32,000 nucleotides of DNA from Bacillus subtilis subsp. subtilis str. 168. GTDB lineage: Bacteria > Bacillota > Bacilli > Bacillales > Bacillaceae. Each line of letters opens with the position of its first letter. The stretch's first letter is position 1. Location: contig NC_000964.3 in NCBI RefSeq assembly GCF_000009045.1, forward strand, positions 2,340,001 through 2,372,000, given 5' to 3'. Position numbers and translations under genes: made by a program. Below are positions 20,155-30,391 of the stretch, in pieces. The notes below the pieces were generated by a model that saw only the letters and a program-made list of their open reading frames with translations, was not told where the DNA came from and ran no database searches.

Positions 20155-20490
20155 CTACTTTCCTTCTTCTTTTCTGGTCCAGCGATCTTTATCTCTTGTA
20201 TTAAATTTATGCATGACTCGGTCGTGAGCTTCCTCTAAAGAGATATCAAGAGAGTTGGCTAAACAAACCAATACAAATAGCACATCGCCTATTTCCTCTT
20301 CCATGCTTTTATCATCTTCAGTCGCTTTTTTTGGTTTTTCTCCATAACGGTGATTCACTTCTCTGGCAAGCTCGCCCAGTTCTTCAGTCAGCCTCGCCAT
20401 CATGGCCAGCGGGCTAAAATATCCTTCTTTAAATTGGCCTATGTAACGGTCTACTTCAGCCTGTATGTCTTTCATTGTTTTATCACTCAC
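20155..20490 (-). CDS. ypjD: MazG-like nucleotide pyrophosphohydrolase YpjD
   Basis: 111 aa; [38 protein letters not shown] (EExxE...ExxD); GTG start with GGAGG SD. Confidence 0.9.
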   Translation of the reverse strand: MSDKTMKDIQAEVDRYIGQFKEGYFSPLAMMARLTEELGELAREVNHRYGEKPKKATEDDKSMEEEIGDVLFVLVCLANSLDISLEEAHDRVMHKFNTRDKDRWTRKEEGK

Positions 20491-20518
20491 TGAACGAAAC
20501 CTCCTATCATCCTCTTAC

Positions 20519-20547
20519 ATGTTAGCTAATTCAGATACGTTTGACAA
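20519..20547 (-). promoter_or_regulatory. Sigma-A promoter for the ypjD-dapB-mgsA-bsh-cca-birA cluster
   Basis: Minus strand TTGTCA-17 nt-TAACAT, about 28 nt before the ypjD GTG. Confidence 0.65.
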
Positions 20548-20561
20548 ATGTTTAAGCACGT

Positions 20562-20590
20562 TTGCTGTTTTCTTTTTCATCCACTATAAT
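20562..20590 (+). promoter_or_regulatory. Sigma-A promoter for ypjC
   Basis: TTGCTG-17 nt-TATAAT upstream of GGAAGGAAAAGGGG and the start codon. Confidence 0.75.
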
Positions 20591-20626
20591 ATAAACGCTA
20601 TCTAATGGAAGGAAAAGGGGTTTTGT

Positions 20627-21502
20627 GTGATGCTTGGAGAAATTAGATTAAAAAACATATTTTTTATTTTAATCGGAGCGGCAATTTTTTCATTTGGCTT
20701 GGTTCATTTCAATATGCAGAACAATCTGGCTGAGGGCGGTTTTACAGGTATTACACTTTTGCTTTATGCCCTTTTCCACATCAGCCCCTCTATATCGAAC
20801 CTGGTGTTGAACATTCCGATTTTTTTTATTGGCTGGCGTTTGCTCGGCAGGACAATGTTTGTTTATACCCTTGTCGGCACTGTAGCCTTGTCTTTGTTCC
20901 TCAGCATCTTTCAGCGATATGAAATCCATATGCCCCTTCAGCACGACTTAGCGCTCGCCGCTTTATTTGCCGGCGTATTCATCGGAGCCGGACTGGGTAT
21001 TATTTTTAAGTTCGGCGGTACGACAGGCGGTGTTGATATCATCGCACGTTTAGTGAATAAGTATTTTGGGATTCCGATGGGCAGAACGATGTTTGCTTTC
21101 GATGCCTGCGTCATCATTTTGTCTTTGCTTACTTATCTCTCCTATAAAGAAGCGATGTATACGCTGGTAGCTGTATTTGTAGCGGCAAGATTAATCGATT
21201 TTATTCAGGAAGGCGGATACGCTGCTAAAGGCGCTACGATCATCTCTTCGAAAAACGACCTGATTCAGAAAAAGATTCTTGAAGAAATGGAACGGGGCGT
21301 CACCATTTTGAAAGGACAAGGTTCCTACACAAAAGAGGATATAGATGTACTTTATTGTGTGGTGCCGAAAAATGAATTGGTGATGCTGAAAAGCGTGATT
21401 AACTCCATTGATCCCCATGCCTTTGTAGCGGTAAGCGATGTTCACGATGTGCTCGGAGAAGGATTTACGCTTGATGAAAATAAAAATCCGCTTCCGCGCT
21501 GA
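20627..21502 (+). CDS. ypjC: YitT-family membrane protein YpjC
   Basis: About 291 aa; multiple TM segments, GGFTGITLLLYALFHISPS, FGGTTGGVDIIARLVNKYFGIPMG, and a C-terminal DUF2179-like domain. GTG (20627) and ATG (20630) are both possible starts. Confidence 0.9.
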   Translation: MMLGEIRLKNIFFILIGAAIFSFGLVHFNMQNNLAEGGFTGITLLLYALFHISPSISNLVLNIPIFFIGWRLLGRTMFVYTLVGTVALSLFLSIFQRYEIHMPLQHDLALAALFAGVFIGAGLGIIFKFGGTTGGVDIIARLVNKYFGIPMGRTMFAFDACVIILSLLTYLSYKEAMYTLVAVFVAARLIDFIQEGGYAAKGATIISSKNDLIQKKILEEMERGVTILKGQGSYTKEDIDVLYCVVPKNELVMLKSVINSIDPHAFVAVSDVHDVLGEGFTLDENKNPLPR

Positions 21503-21512
21503 CATGTAATAG

Positions 21513-21535
21513 AAAAAAGGCGGCTGACCGCCGCC
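21513..21535 (-). terminator. Intrinsic terminator downstream of ypjB
   Basis: Minus strand GGCGGC-GGTCA-GCCGCC-TTTTTT, between convergent ypjB and ypjC. Confidence 0.8.
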
Positions 21536-21543
21536 CCTCATCC

Positions 21544-22338
21544 TTATTTAGGGTAGTCCCTTTTTTTCAGCTTGTTTTTTTCCGCCTTGTACTTTCTGTA
21601 ACCGACATAGGTAAGAGCAGTAATGATGATACTGCCGGTTGTAATGATCACCCAGAGTAAAGACGGATCGGCATCATCCTCCTCCACCCTGTCAAACACA
21701 TTTTTCAGGTCATGCTGAAGAAGGGAAAGCCGTTCAAGCTTCGTGCTCTCTGTCATTTGCTGAAATTCCTCTTGCTCAATAACATCTATATGTTTTCCGA
21801 CTGTTTCAAGCTGATCCTCTGATACATCGATTGTAAGACTGGGGTAAATCAAGTCATATAAACTGATAAATTCATTCCATTTTTCATGAAAGCTTGTGCT
21901 TCCATTCTTTTGGACATCTCGCTTCAGTTCAGTAAAAGCTTCCATAATCGGTTTTTCCAGTGAGCCCCAAAGCGGGTCAGACCGATTGTCAACCGCATCC
22001 ATCAGCATTCTGAACTGCGCGGCTGCTCTGAGTTTTTGTGTGTCTGATGTATCAGCTTGCTTTAAACTCCGAACCATATCATTATAGCCCAATGTGATTT
22101 GACGAATTTGGGCTCCCGTTAGCATGGGGTCTTGCTGTTTTTTCTCAGCGGATTTTAATGTTTTTTCAAAATACTCCAAGACTTGAAGCGCCTCTTCATA
22201 TTTCGCCTGTCGGGTCATTTGAAAGACTGTATCGGATAAATCATTCAATTCCTCGAGGCTTCCCCGCTCTGCAGCCTTGGCATTTCCATTATAAAAAATA
22301 AGTGCAATCAACAAACAGATCGTCAGCTTTCGTTTCAT
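21544..22338 (-). CDS. ypjB: YpjB, predicted exported sporulation-associated family protein with C-terminal TM
   Basis: 264 aa from MKRKLTICLLIALIFYNGNAKAAERG (signal peptide); C-terminal VIITTGSIIITALTYVGYRKYK. Confidence 0.85.
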   Translation of the reverse strand: MKRKLTICLLIALIFYNGNAKAAERGSLEELNDLSDTVFQMTRQAKYEEALQVLEYFEKTLKSAEKKQQDPMLTGAQIRQITLGYNDMVRSLKQADTSDTQKLRAAAQFRMLMDAVDNRSDPLWGSLEKPIMEAFTELKRDVQKNGSTSFHEKWNEFISLYDLIYPSLTIDVSEDQLETVGKHIDVIEQEEFQQMTESTKLERLSLLQHDLKNVFDRVEEDDADPSLLWVIITTGSIIITALTYVGYRKYKAEKNKLKKRDYPK

Positions 22339-22406
22339 GCAGGTCCCTCCCACTCTCTCTCCTTACAGAATATGAAGAAAGGGACAAGGATAGACCAACA
22401 TTGTCT

Positions 22407-23000
22407 TTACATCAGCTCAAGCTTCGTTTGCTTTTTTGAGACCACAAGAAAGTAAGCAAGCGCGATTGAAAAGATACTTAGCCAAAATGTTCCGTATCCT
22501 ATTTCAGTCATATAATCAGAAAGCATAGAGTATTGCGGCATCATATCAAACAAGTAGTCAATGACATCGTTATGCAGTGTCCAGACTGCAGCAATTGCAA
22601 GATGCCAAAATGAAAAACGAAAATACGGACTGTATAATACGCCTTGAACTGCCATTGCAAAATGCGAAGCAATTAGCATGTAGCCCTCCCACGGCAAGTC
22701 ACCAGTTACTGCAAGCACAAGAAAATTCATAGCCACCGCCCATAGGCCATACTTTACGAGGGTAACTAGCGCAAGCGCCTCTAAAAGCGGAGCATTCCGT
22801 TTCATGAGAAAGGCAAGCAGCACAAACAGAAAGAAAAACGTTGCTGTCGGACTGTCCGGAACAAAAATCAGGAAACGGGCCGGTGTCTCCAAAAGCTGCG
22901 GCAAGTACCAATAGTAGCCGTAAACCGTTCCCAGAAAATTAATGGCTAAGACAAGAATAAGCATCGGCCGCTGCCCTAATACATATTGAAACCATTTCAC
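22407..23000 (-). CDS. ypjA: YpjA, integral membrane protein (DUF1405-like)
   Basis: 197 aa from GTG at 23000 (or 185 aa from ATG at 22964); several TM segments; between qcrC and ypjB. Confidence 0.85.
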   Translation of the reverse strand: MKWFQYVLGQRPMLILVLAINFLGTVYGYYWYLPQLLETPARFLIFVPDSPTATFFFLFVLLAFLMKRNAPLLEALALVTLVKYGLWAVAMNFLVLAVTGDLPWEGYMLIASHFAMAVQGVLYSPYFRFSFWHLAIAAVWTLHNDVIDYLFDMMPQYSMLSDYMTEIGYGTFWLSIFSIALAYFLVVSKKQTKLELM

Positions 23001-23040
23001 ATCGAATCAACTCTCAGTCTGTAAAAATAATATGTCCATA

Positions 23041-23067
23041 TAAAAAAGCTGACGCCGGGTCAGCTTT
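23041..23067 (-). terminator. Intrinsic terminator downstream of qcrC
   Basis: AAAAAGCTGAC-GCCGG-GTCAGCTTTTT. Confidence 0.8.
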
Positions 23068-23110
23068 TGATAATAAAAGTATATCCTTCCATTTGACAAT
23101 TCACAATACG

Positions 23111-23878
23111 TTATTTTGCGGTTGTTTCAGAAATAAATTTTGCAAGTTCTTCGAGCTGCTTATCATTTCCTTTGAACACACCCGCCGGCATTTTGCCTTT
23201 CCCTTCTACAGCGATTTTTTTGATTTCATCCGGTTTCAGCCCGCTGTCAACCAATGAAGGCCCGGCCGCTCCTCCCTGAAGGTTATCCCCATGGCAAGAA
23301 ATACAGCCCTGTTCCTTAAAAACCTTATATCCTTCTGCATTGGTGTCAATGTCGGCTTCTTTTGTAATTTTCCCCTGTTCTTCTGCCTTGGCCCAGTCAT
23401 GAGTAGCAACTGACTGCCACGTCAAAAATACAGCAGCGGAAATGGCCAGAAGCATCATACCGACAGCGACCGGACGCTTCCACGGCCTTCTTTCTGTCCC
23501 TCTGTCTAGGAATGGAGCCAAAAGCAGGGCCCCAAAAGCGAGACCTGGCATAATCATGGCGCCGACCACTGTAAAGCTTCCGGCGGCGTATTCATACTTC
23601 AACAGCTGGTATAAGAAAAGAAAATACCAATCCGGCAGCGGAATATAACCAGTATCAGTCGGGTCCGCCATCCGCTCTAAAGGCGGCTGATGCACAATCG
23701 TCAAAACGAGAAAACCGATGAGAAAGACAGCTCCAACCATCCATTCCTTTAACAAGAAATTTGGCCAGAAAGCCTCTGTTTTACCCGGATACTCCGAATA
23801 ATCCTTCGGTATATTCGGCTTTTTTTCAGCCGGTATCCTTGAGTCGCCTACAAATTTCATCCCTTTGCCCCGGTGCAT
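23111..23878 (-). CDS. qcrC: Menaquinol-cytochrome c reductase, cytochrome b/c subunit (subunit IV fused to cytochrome c)
   Basis: 255 aa; TM segments in the N-terminal part, heme-binding QGCISCHGDNLQGG in the C-terminal part; GGAGGGGATGAC SD. Confidence 0.96.
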   Translation of the reverse strand: MHRGKGMKFVGDSRIPAEKKPNIPKDYSEYPGKTEAFWPNFLLKEWMVGAVFLIGFLVLTIVHQPPLERMADPTDTGYIPLPDWYFLFLYQLLKYEYAAGSFTVVGAMIMPGLAFGALLLAPFLDRGTERRPWKRPVAVGMMLLAISAAVFLTWQSVATHDWAKAEEQGKITKEADIDTNAEGYKVFKEQGCISCHGDNLQGGAAGPSLVDSGLKPDEIKKIAVEGKGKMPAGVFKGNDKQLEELAKFISETTAK

Positions 23879-23912
23879 GTCATCCCCTCCCTTTTATTCG
23901 CAGATCAAGAGT

Positions 23913-24587
23913 TTAAAGCGGTCCTGAAATCCCCTGCTTCCGGATCATAATAAAATGTGCAGCCATCAGCCCGAACAATGCGGCAGGAAGAAAAAATACA
24001 TGGATCGCAAAAAACCTAGTCAGCGTTTGGGCGCCTACAATATCCGGATGCCCTGCAAGGAGCGTTTTAACTTGCGTTCCGATCAAAGGCGTGGCTTCGG
24101 CGATCTGCAGTCCGACTTTTGTTGCAAACAGAGCCTTCATATCCCAAGGAAGCAAGTAGCCTGTAAAGCCAAGACCGAGCATAACAAAAAAGATCAGCAC
24201 ACCGACAATCCAGTTCAGCTCGCGCGGTTTTTTATACGCGCCTTGGAAAAAGACCCTCAGCGTATGTAAAAACATCATCACAATGACCAGGCTCGCACCC
24301 CAGTGGTGCATCCCCCTGACAATCTGGCCGAATGCCACTTCATTTTGCAAATAATATACCGATTCCCAGGCATTTTTGATATCAGGCACATAATACATCG
24401 TTAAAAACATTCCAGATAATACTTGGATAACGGTTACAAAAAACGTCAGTCCCCCAAAGCAATACACAAACGCAGAGAAATGATGGGCGGGATTCACATG
24501 TTCCGGTACTTCGTGATCGGCAATATCCCTCCACATCGGTGTAATATCAAGCCGCTCGTCTACCCAGTCATAAATTTTGTTCAGCAT
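23913..24587 (-). CDS. qcrB: Menaquinol-cytochrome c reductase cytochrome b subunit
   Basis: 224 aa from MLNKIYDWVDERLDITPMWRDIADHEVPEHVNP; GLGFTGYLLPWDMKALFATKVG. Confidence 0.96.
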   Translation of the reverse strand: MLNKIYDWVDERLDITPMWRDIADHEVPEHVNPAHHFSAFVYCFGGLTFFVTVIQVLSGMFLTMYYVPDIKNAWESVYYLQNEVAFGQIVRGMHHWGASLVIVMMFLHTLRVFFQGAYKKPRELNWIVGVLIFFVMLGLGFTGYLLPWDMKALFATKVGLQIAEATPLIGTQVKTLLAGHPDIVGAQTLTRFFAIHVFFLPAALFGLMAAHFIMIRKQGISGPL

Positions 24588-24588
24588 G

Positions 24589-25092
24589 TCACCCTTCCCC
24601 CTTAGGCTTTGCTTTTCCAAGATACAGGAAGCCGTCTTTTACTTCTTGCTCATAATGATCAAGAGGCGCAAGCGGCGGCGTGCCAGGGACATTGGTGCCG
24701 TCCTTTTCATAGAGTCCGTAATGGCATGGACAAAAGAATTTATTCGGGTTTTTAGGATCACTATTCCAGTTCACCGTACACCCTAAATGCTTACAAATTG
24801 GCGAAAGTGCTACAATTTCATCCCCGTTTTTGAAGACCCAGGCTGATCTTGACTCTTCTGACTCATACCAGGCATCGACTTGATTAATTTTAAAATCAAA
24901 GCGCTGCGGCTCTTTTGTCAACTCATCAACGCTGACAACCTGAACCATATCCTGCTTCCCTGTCGATTTTAATACCGGGTCGAGTGCGAAGCGAACCATA
25001 GGCATGAGCATACTAGCCGCCATAAAACCTCCTACGCCTGTGAGCGTATAATTCAAAAATTGACGTCTGGATATATCATGTTTTCCGCCCAT
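24589..25092 (-). CDS. qcrA: Menaquinol-cytochrome c reductase Rieske iron-sulfur subunit
   Basis: 167 aa; Rieske motifs CKHLGCTVNW and CPCHYGLY; twin-Arg-like SRRQFLNYTLTGVGGF. Confidence 0.96.
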   Translation of the reverse strand: MGGKHDISRRQFLNYTLTGVGGFMAASMLMPMVRFALDPVLKSTGKQDMVQVVSVDELTKEPQRFDFKINQVDAWYESEESRSAWVFKNGDEIVALSPICKHLGCTVNWNSDPKNPNKFFCPCHYGLYEKDGTNVPGTPPLAPLDHYEQEVKDGFLYLGKAKPKGEG

Positions 25093-25166
25093 CTCTTCTC
25101 CCCCCTCTAAGTCACCCCTGCAAACTGACTAAAATAGAAAATATTGCAATAACTCTAGACACCCTC

Positions 25167-25195
25167 ATAATATATGAATCTCTCAGCAAGGTCAA
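25167..25195 (-). promoter_or_regulatory. Sigma-A promoter for qcrABC
   Basis: Minus strand TTGACC-17 nt-TATTAT about 75 nt upstream of qcrA. Confidence 0.8.
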
Positions 25196-25234
25196 TATAG
25201 CCAAAATATTGTTTATAAGGAAATGTAAGTGTTT

Positions 25235-25681
25235 TTATAAAGTGCTCCATAACTGTAACAAAACGTTCAAAATTTCAGCAGTGCGTTCATCCAATATTTT
25301 TCTTTTTAAAGAGTCATTTAAATGCTCTAATGGAACAGACGATGTAACAATCATTTTGCCTAACGCATCCTCAGCTCTCCAACTTTCGTCAGATGTGAGC
25401 AGGACAACATGCGGAAATTCCGTTATCAGCTCTTCCCGCAAATCCTTAAGCCCTTGAACGGTTATTTCATTTCTATCAACATATGTATAAGGCGGAAGTA
25501 AATATACCCGTCCCTTTAACTGCCTTTCAAGTTCTTCTGAGAGAAGCTGCGTAAACTCGCCTTTCTCCGCCGCCATTTTAAAATGGTTATTAACCCTTAT
25601 GTTAATTAATGGTATGACAGCGGTATCAATGTAATCCTTAGCTTGTAAATAGTCCTTGGCATCAGTGATTCTCCACCTCAT
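25235..25681 (-). CDS. ypiF: YpiF conserved protein (DUF2487 family)
   Basis: 148 aa MRWRITDAKDYLQAKDYIDTAVIPLINIRVNNHFKMAAEKGEF...; SD GGGGAG. Confidence 0.85.
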   Translation of the reverse strand: MRWRITDAKDYLQAKDYIDTAVIPLINIRVNNHFKMAAEKGEFTQLLSEELERQLKGRVYLLPPYTYVDRNEITVQGLKDLREELITEFPHVVLLTSDESWRAEDALGKMIVTSSVPLEHLNDSLKRKILDERTAEILNVLLQLWSTL

Positions 25682-25735
25682 CGTTCTCCCCCTTTACGGC
25701 AACAAGCCTTGCAATTCACTGCAAGGCTGGTCATA

Positions 25736-26275
25736 TTATGTGAGCTGATTTAATTGGCGCGATAATTGTTCAAATGCCTCTTTATCATGACGATCTAACG
25801 CGTCGTCAATGTCTTTTAATAATTTTTCTCTTTGGAATGTGGAAATAGCGTGCTCTAAAATCTGTTCCGCCAATCCCTGATCTTTTTTATTCTCAAAAAG
25901 GTTTTTCGGAATATGCGGGTTGGACTCCAGCACCGCCGCATATTCAGGTGAGCTGTAAGCCGAACGGAAATTAAGCTGGATAAACAAATCCTGCTGTTTA
26001 TTTAATCTAATATCATGAAAAGATTTTTCCGCGTCGGTAGTCATGACATTCTCTTTATAGAACCGGAACGGAACTTCTTCAACACAATGTGTTGACATTA
26101 TAATGCCTCTCGGGCAAAATTCAGCCTGCTCCACAAAATGAACCTTCTCCATGAGAGAATCATGGCTCATTAAGTAGTTCAAGATCCAAACGCACTCTCG
26201 GCGCTTTAACTGATAATGGTTTAAAAACCAACGGATAAAATCTTTTTTCTCATTGACAGAAACAGGGGTCTGCAT
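25736..26275 (-). CDS. ypiB: YpiB, UPF0302 family protein with C-terminal IDEAL domain
   Basis: 179 aa; C-terminal [40 protein letters not shown] is typical of IDEAL. Confidence 0.87.
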   Translation of the reverse strand: MQTPVSVNEKKDFIRWFLNHYQLKRRECVWILNYLMSHDSLMEKVHFVEQAEFCPRGIIMSTHCVEEVPFRFYKENVMTTDAEKSFHDIRLNKQQDLFIQLNFRSAYSSPEYAAVLESNPHIPKNLFENKKDQGLAEQILEHAISTFQREKLLKDIDDALDRHDKEAFEQLSRQLNQLT

Positions 26276-26346
26276 GTAATTCCCTCCTCTATCGTTCGTA
26301 TAATCTATATACTTATATGTTCCACATGAATGGTTAATATTCCTGC

Positions 26347-27618
26347 TTATCTAGAAAATTCATCCTCGATTCGCAAAATCGTTTCTTCAAGCTCTTCATT
26401 GGCTCCGTCCATTTCAAGAACCTTTTTCAAAAGCGGCAGCGCTTCTTTTTGAAGACCTTCTTCTAATAGGAAGCTTGCGTATTCATATAAGAAATCTCTA
26501 TCCTCCCGGTAATGAAGATAGGCAGCCTCAAAGGATTGTTTTGCTTCCTCGTATTGCTCTAATTCAGTATATGCGCTTGCAAGATACCAATTGTATTTAG
26601 GATCTTCTTCACCGTAGCTTCGAACCTCTTGAATAAGATCAATGATCTGATCATAATCCTCTTCTTTGTGATACACGGCAAGAAGTGTATGAAGCGCCTC
26701 GACAAAGCCCGGATCAAGCGCAAGCGCCTCCTGAAGCAGCTTCTTCCCCTCTTCTGACTTCCCGATTTTCAAGGCCATTTTGGCGGCATAAAGGAAAAGT
26801 TCTTTGTTATATTCATCATATCTGATCCCCTCTTTTGCCGTTTTTAATGCCTCTTCATACATTCCTTCAGCTTCATAGCTTTTCGAGAGCGGCATATAAA
26901 GTGAAGTATAAGATGGATCAAGCTCCTTTAAATCAGACAGCTGCTTAATAGCTGTTTTCACAAGCCCCGCCTGTAAGGCTGTAAAACCATAGCCGAAAAT
27001 CGTATTAGGATCAGGATTCTCATCGACAGCTTTCTCATACCATGGAATGGCATCCTCAAATTCACCTGAGGCACTTAACGATTCTGCCAGTCTTTGATGG
27101 ACATTAACGCCCCCGATCTCACTCTGCTCCTCAGCCGTTGTTTTAAAATATTGAACCGCTTTTGCATAGGCTCCCTGAGCAAAGTAAAGTTCTCCCAGTG
27201 CAAAATCAATAACAGGTTCATTGTCCAGAATGGACTTTGCCTGGAAAAGCTTTTGTTCACTGACTTCGAATAACCCCTGCATCTGATAAAGATCCGCCAT
27301 AAGCAGCAAACTTTCCGGATATGATGGATCTGTTTCCGGAATAGTCTCCAGCACAGCGAGGGCTTTTTCTTCTTCGTCAATATCTATTAAAAGTTCAGCG
27401 TAGAAATTCGTCAGTTCTGTTTCATTTGGATATAAATCATGTAGATCACTAATCAGTGAAATGGCTTTTTCTACATCGCCCCACTCGTAATAAAGCTGGG
27501 CTGCAATGGCTTTATCTTCATCATGCAGCTGTTTTTCAGCCTTCGAGAGCGTGTTGAGGCCTTTTTCTGTTTCACCTGCTTCAACTAATTTTATGGCTTC
27601 TTGAATCAATGTATTCAA
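26347..27618 (-). CDS. ypiA: YpiA, tetratricopeptide-repeat protein
   Basis: About 423 aa from TTG at 27618 (AAAGGA SD nearby); many TPR units, e.g. [29 protein letters not shown]. The track ORF extends to 27696, but its ATG at 27651 lacks a good SD. Confidence 0.87.
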   Translation of the reverse strand: MNTLIQEAIKLVEAGETEKGLNTLSKAEKQLHDEDKAIAAQLYYEWGDVEKAISLISDLHDLYPNETELTNFYAELLIDIDEEEKALAVLETIPETDPSYPESLLLMADLYQMQGLFEVSEQKLFQAKSILDNEPVIDFALGELYFAQGAYAKAVQYFKTTAEEQSEIGGVNVHQRLAESLSASGEFEDAIPWYEKAVDENPDPNTIFGYGFTALQAGLVKTAIKQLSDLKELDPSYTSLYMPLSKSYEAEGMYEEALKTAKEGIRYDEYNKELFLYAAKMALKIGKSEEGKKLLQEALALDPGFVEALHTLLAVYHKEEDYDQIIDLIQEVRSYGEEDPKYNWYLASAYTELEQYEEAKQSFEAAYLHYREDRDFLYEYASFLLEEGLQKEALPLLKKVLEMDGANEELEETILRIEDEFSR

Positions 27619-27691
27619 ATCGGACCGGTCCTTTCTTTTCCTATACAACATCAACCATACAAAAAAAGCTTTATTTGTTCGGGTTAATCTT

Positions 27692-27720
27692 ATCATAATT
27701 CAGACGAATGCCCCCGGCAA
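27692..27720 (-). promoter_or_regulatory. Sigma-A promoter for ypiA
   Basis: Minus strand TTGCCG-17 nt-TATGAT. Confidence 0.7.
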
Positions 27721-27932
27721 ATAAGATGCTTCTGTACGGAAGGGAATTATTGAGTCTTATTAGTTTACCAAAAGATCTTGAGATAGAAAATGAAAAAAGG
27801 AAGATCGCCCTCTGTACAGTAAAGCAGCTCTTTGACCTGCCGGCTTGTAAGTAAAGCACATCCCCCCTTTTCGTTTTTCTATCCGTTCTATAAGACAAGC
27901 TATGTTTTTTCGCCTCGAATTATGATCTGCAT

Positions 27933-27965
27933 AAAAAATCCTGAAGTAAAACTTCAGGATTTTTT
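27933..27965 (-). terminator. Intrinsic terminator at the end of the trp/aro supraoperon, overlapping the aroE 3' end
   Basis: AAAAAATCCTGAAGT-TTT-ACTTCAGGATTTTTT; near-perfect inverted repeat that includes the aroE stop codon. Confidence 0.88.
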
Positions 27966-29240
27966 CGAAAGCTTATTTAAATGCTCGAAGAAGGTTGGAT
28001 AAGAAACGTGAATGGCATCCGTGTGCTCGATTTCAATCGGCTCCTCCGTTATACAGGAAGCAATACCAAGCATCATTCCGATTCGATGATCTCCGTGGCT
28101 GGACACTGCAGCGCCGCCTTTCAACGTTTGTTTGCCATAAACCTTCATTCCATCTGCTGTCGGTTCAATTTCAGCACCCAGCTTGCGAAGCTCAGAAACA
28201 ACAGTATCAATACGGTTTGTTTCTTTCACTTTTAGCTCTGCCGCGTCCTTAATAACGGTGGTTCCTTCCGCCTGAGTCGCAAGAAGCGCGATGATAGGGA
28301 TCTCATCAATTAAACGCGGAATGATATCTCCTCCGATTTCAACTGCCTTTAGAGATGACGTTTCTATAATCAAATCTCCATAAGGCTCTGCACCGCTATC
28401 AGCAGATGGTTTGATTTCAAGTTTTGCCCCCATGTTTTGAAGGACATCAATAATACCTGTCCGAGTCGGATTTAAACCTACGTTTTTCAATACAATTCTG
28501 CTGTTTGGAACCATCGCGCCAGCAGCAAGGAAAAACGCGGCTGAAGAAATGTCTCCAGGAACAAAAATATCAGCAGCTGTCAGTTTCTGGCCACCAGCAA
28601 TGGAAACACTCGTTTGATCTTCAGAAAGCTTAACGCCAAAAGCAGAAAGCATCCGCTCAGTGTGGTCCCGAGATTTATGGGGCTCTGTTACAGTTGTTGT
28701 GCCCTCAGCCTGTAATCCGGCCAGCAAAACAGCAGATTTAATTTGCGCGCTTGCAACAGGTGATACATAATCAATTCCTTTTAATGAAGCGCCGCTCACT
28801 GACAGCGGTGTAAACTCTCCGCCGGCTCTGCCGTCGATTTTAGCCCCCATTTTTTTCAAAGGCTCAGTCACACGCTTCATTGGGCGTTTCGCAATGCTCT
28901 CATCTCCGGCTACCGCGCTGTAAAAAGGACGGCCCGCCAATATTCCGAGCATCAGGCGAATCGTTGTACCTGAATTTCCGACATCTAAAAGGCTTTCTGG
29001 CTCTTTCAGGGCATCGATTCCTTTTCCGTGAATCACGACATCGCTGCTGCTTTGCTCAATGTGAACACCCATTTTTCTAAAGCAATCGATCGTGCTCAGA
29101 CAATCTGCTCCCGGCAGAAAGTTTTTAACTGTTGTTGTGCCTGCCGCTAGCGCGCCAAACATAACAGAGCGGTGAGAAATGGATTTATCACCGGGAATAT
29201 GTATTTCTCCATGTAAGGTCTGCACCTTATCTCGTTTCAT
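27954..29240 (-). CDS. aroE: 3-phosphoshikimate 1-carboxyvinyltransferase (EPSP synthase; aroE in B. subtilis nomenclature, aroA elsewhere)
   Basis: 428 aa from [29 protein letters not shown]; [18 protein letters not shown]; [13 protein letters not shown]. Confidence 0.96.
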   Translation of the reverse strand: MKRDKVQTLHGEIHIPGDKSISHRSVMFGALAAGTTTVKNFLPGADCLSTIDCFRKMGVHIEQSSSDVVIHGKGIDALKEPESLLDVGNSGTTIRLMLGILAGRPFYSAVAGDESIAKRPMKRVTEPLKKMGAKIDGRAGGEFTPLSVSGASLKGIDYVSPVASAQIKSAVLLAGLQAEGTTTVTEPHKSRDHTERMLSAFGVKLSEDQTSVSIAGGQKLTAADIFVPGDISSAAFFLAAGAMVPNSRIVLKNVGLNPTRTGIIDVLQNMGAKLEIKPSADSGAEPYGDLIIETSSLKAVEIGGDIIPRLIDEIPIIALLATQAEGTTVIKDAAELKVKETNRIDTVVSELRKLGAEIEPTADGMKVYGKQTLKGGAAVSSHGDHRIGMMLGIASCITEEPIEIEHTDAIHVSYPTFFEHLNKLSKKS

Positions 29241-29250
29241 TTTTTCCACC

Positions 29251-30366
29251 TCAATCAGCATAAAAAGTTTCATATTCCGCCCGGGCTTCAATGCATTGTT
29301 CTGCCCTTTTGCGGTCGTCATCAGACTGAAAACTGATCCTTAAAATCCCGTTAATATCCTCTCGTGTTTCGATAATGCGGATATTCGTGATACTGATGCG
29401 CTCCGCAGCTAAGATCGCTGTTATCTCGGATATTACACCCGGATGATCGGGTACATCCACATATAAATCATAAAATGCAGGTATCGCTCCCTTCTGCCGA
29501 AGCGGCAGCCCGTCGCGATAATCCTTGGCTGTTTTAAAATAACGAAATAGATTTTCCGCATCTTCTTGTTCTACATATGTACGGATCTTGTCAATTTCAC
29601 GAATCCACTCATCAAAACGGTCTAAGATTTTATCTTTATTATGTAATAAAATATCCCGCCACATTGCCGGGCTGCTTGATGCAATCCTTGTAATATCTCT
29701 GAACCCGCCGGCAGCAAAACGCTTAACAAGCGGATACAGGTTTTCCGAATGATGGGTTTGGTGAACAAGGCTAGCTGCTACAATATGCGGAAAATGACTG
29801 ATTACGCTTGTAACGCCATCATGCTCCTCTGGCGACATTTCCACAAAATGGGCATTCGTCCCCTTCAGCAGGTTTTTTAACTGTTCCACAGCTTGTTTGT
29901 CCGTTTTCTGGCCTGGCGTTAAAATATAAAATGCATTTTCAAACAGGAACTCCTTCGCAGCGGCCACTCCTGATTTATGTGAACCCGCCATCGGATGCCC
30001 TCCGACAAATTGATAGCGGCTAGGCAGCACTTGATCAGCGTAATCAACCACTTTTTGCTTTGTGCTTCCTACATCCGTAATCAAAAGCTCATGTTCAATT
30101 CCTGAATGAGCCAGCTCTTCAAGCATAACCAGTGTTTGTTCAACAGGTGTCGCAATGATTACTGTAGCTGCCTCTTTCACACCGCTAATAAACGAATCAG
30201 CACGATCGTCTATCACGCCTAATTTTAATGCCGCTACCGCCTGTTCATCAGAGATGTCGATTCCGATAATCCGTTTGCCGGGATGATTTTTTTTGATGGC
30301 TAGGGCAATCGAACCGCCTATCAATCCGAGACCGGCGAGCAATATTGTATCTTTCATTTGATTCAT
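29251..30366 (-). CDS. tyrA: Prephenate dehydrogenase with C-terminal ACT domain
   Basis: 371 aa; [19 protein letters not shown]; [16 protein letters not shown]; ACT-like [25 protein letters not shown]. Confidence 0.96.
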   Translation of the reverse strand: MNQMKDTILLAGLGLIGGSIALAIKKNHPGKRIIGIDISDEQAVAALKLGVIDDRADSFISGVKEAATVIIATPVEQTLVMLEELAHSGIEHELLITDVGSTKQKVVDYADQVLPSRYQFVGGHPMAGSHKSGVAAAKEFLFENAFYILTPGQKTDKQAVEQLKNLLKGTNAHFVEMSPEEHDGVTSVISHFPHIVAASLVHQTHHSENLYPLVKRFAAGGFRDITRIASSSPAMWRDILLHNKDKILDRFDEWIREIDKIRTYVEQEDAENLFRYFKTAKDYRDGLPLRQKGAIPAFYDLYVDVPDHPGVISEITAILAAERISITNIRIIETREDINGILRISFQSDDDRKRAEQCIEARAEYETFYAD

Positions 30367-30391
30367 ACGTCATCACCTGGTTTATAGACTA

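Noticed and set aside
27671-27898. 75-aa minus-strand ORF MSYRTDRKTKRGDVLYLQAG... between aroE and ypiA
   Set aside because: No family resemblance, and the ypiA promoter lies within it; poor coding character.
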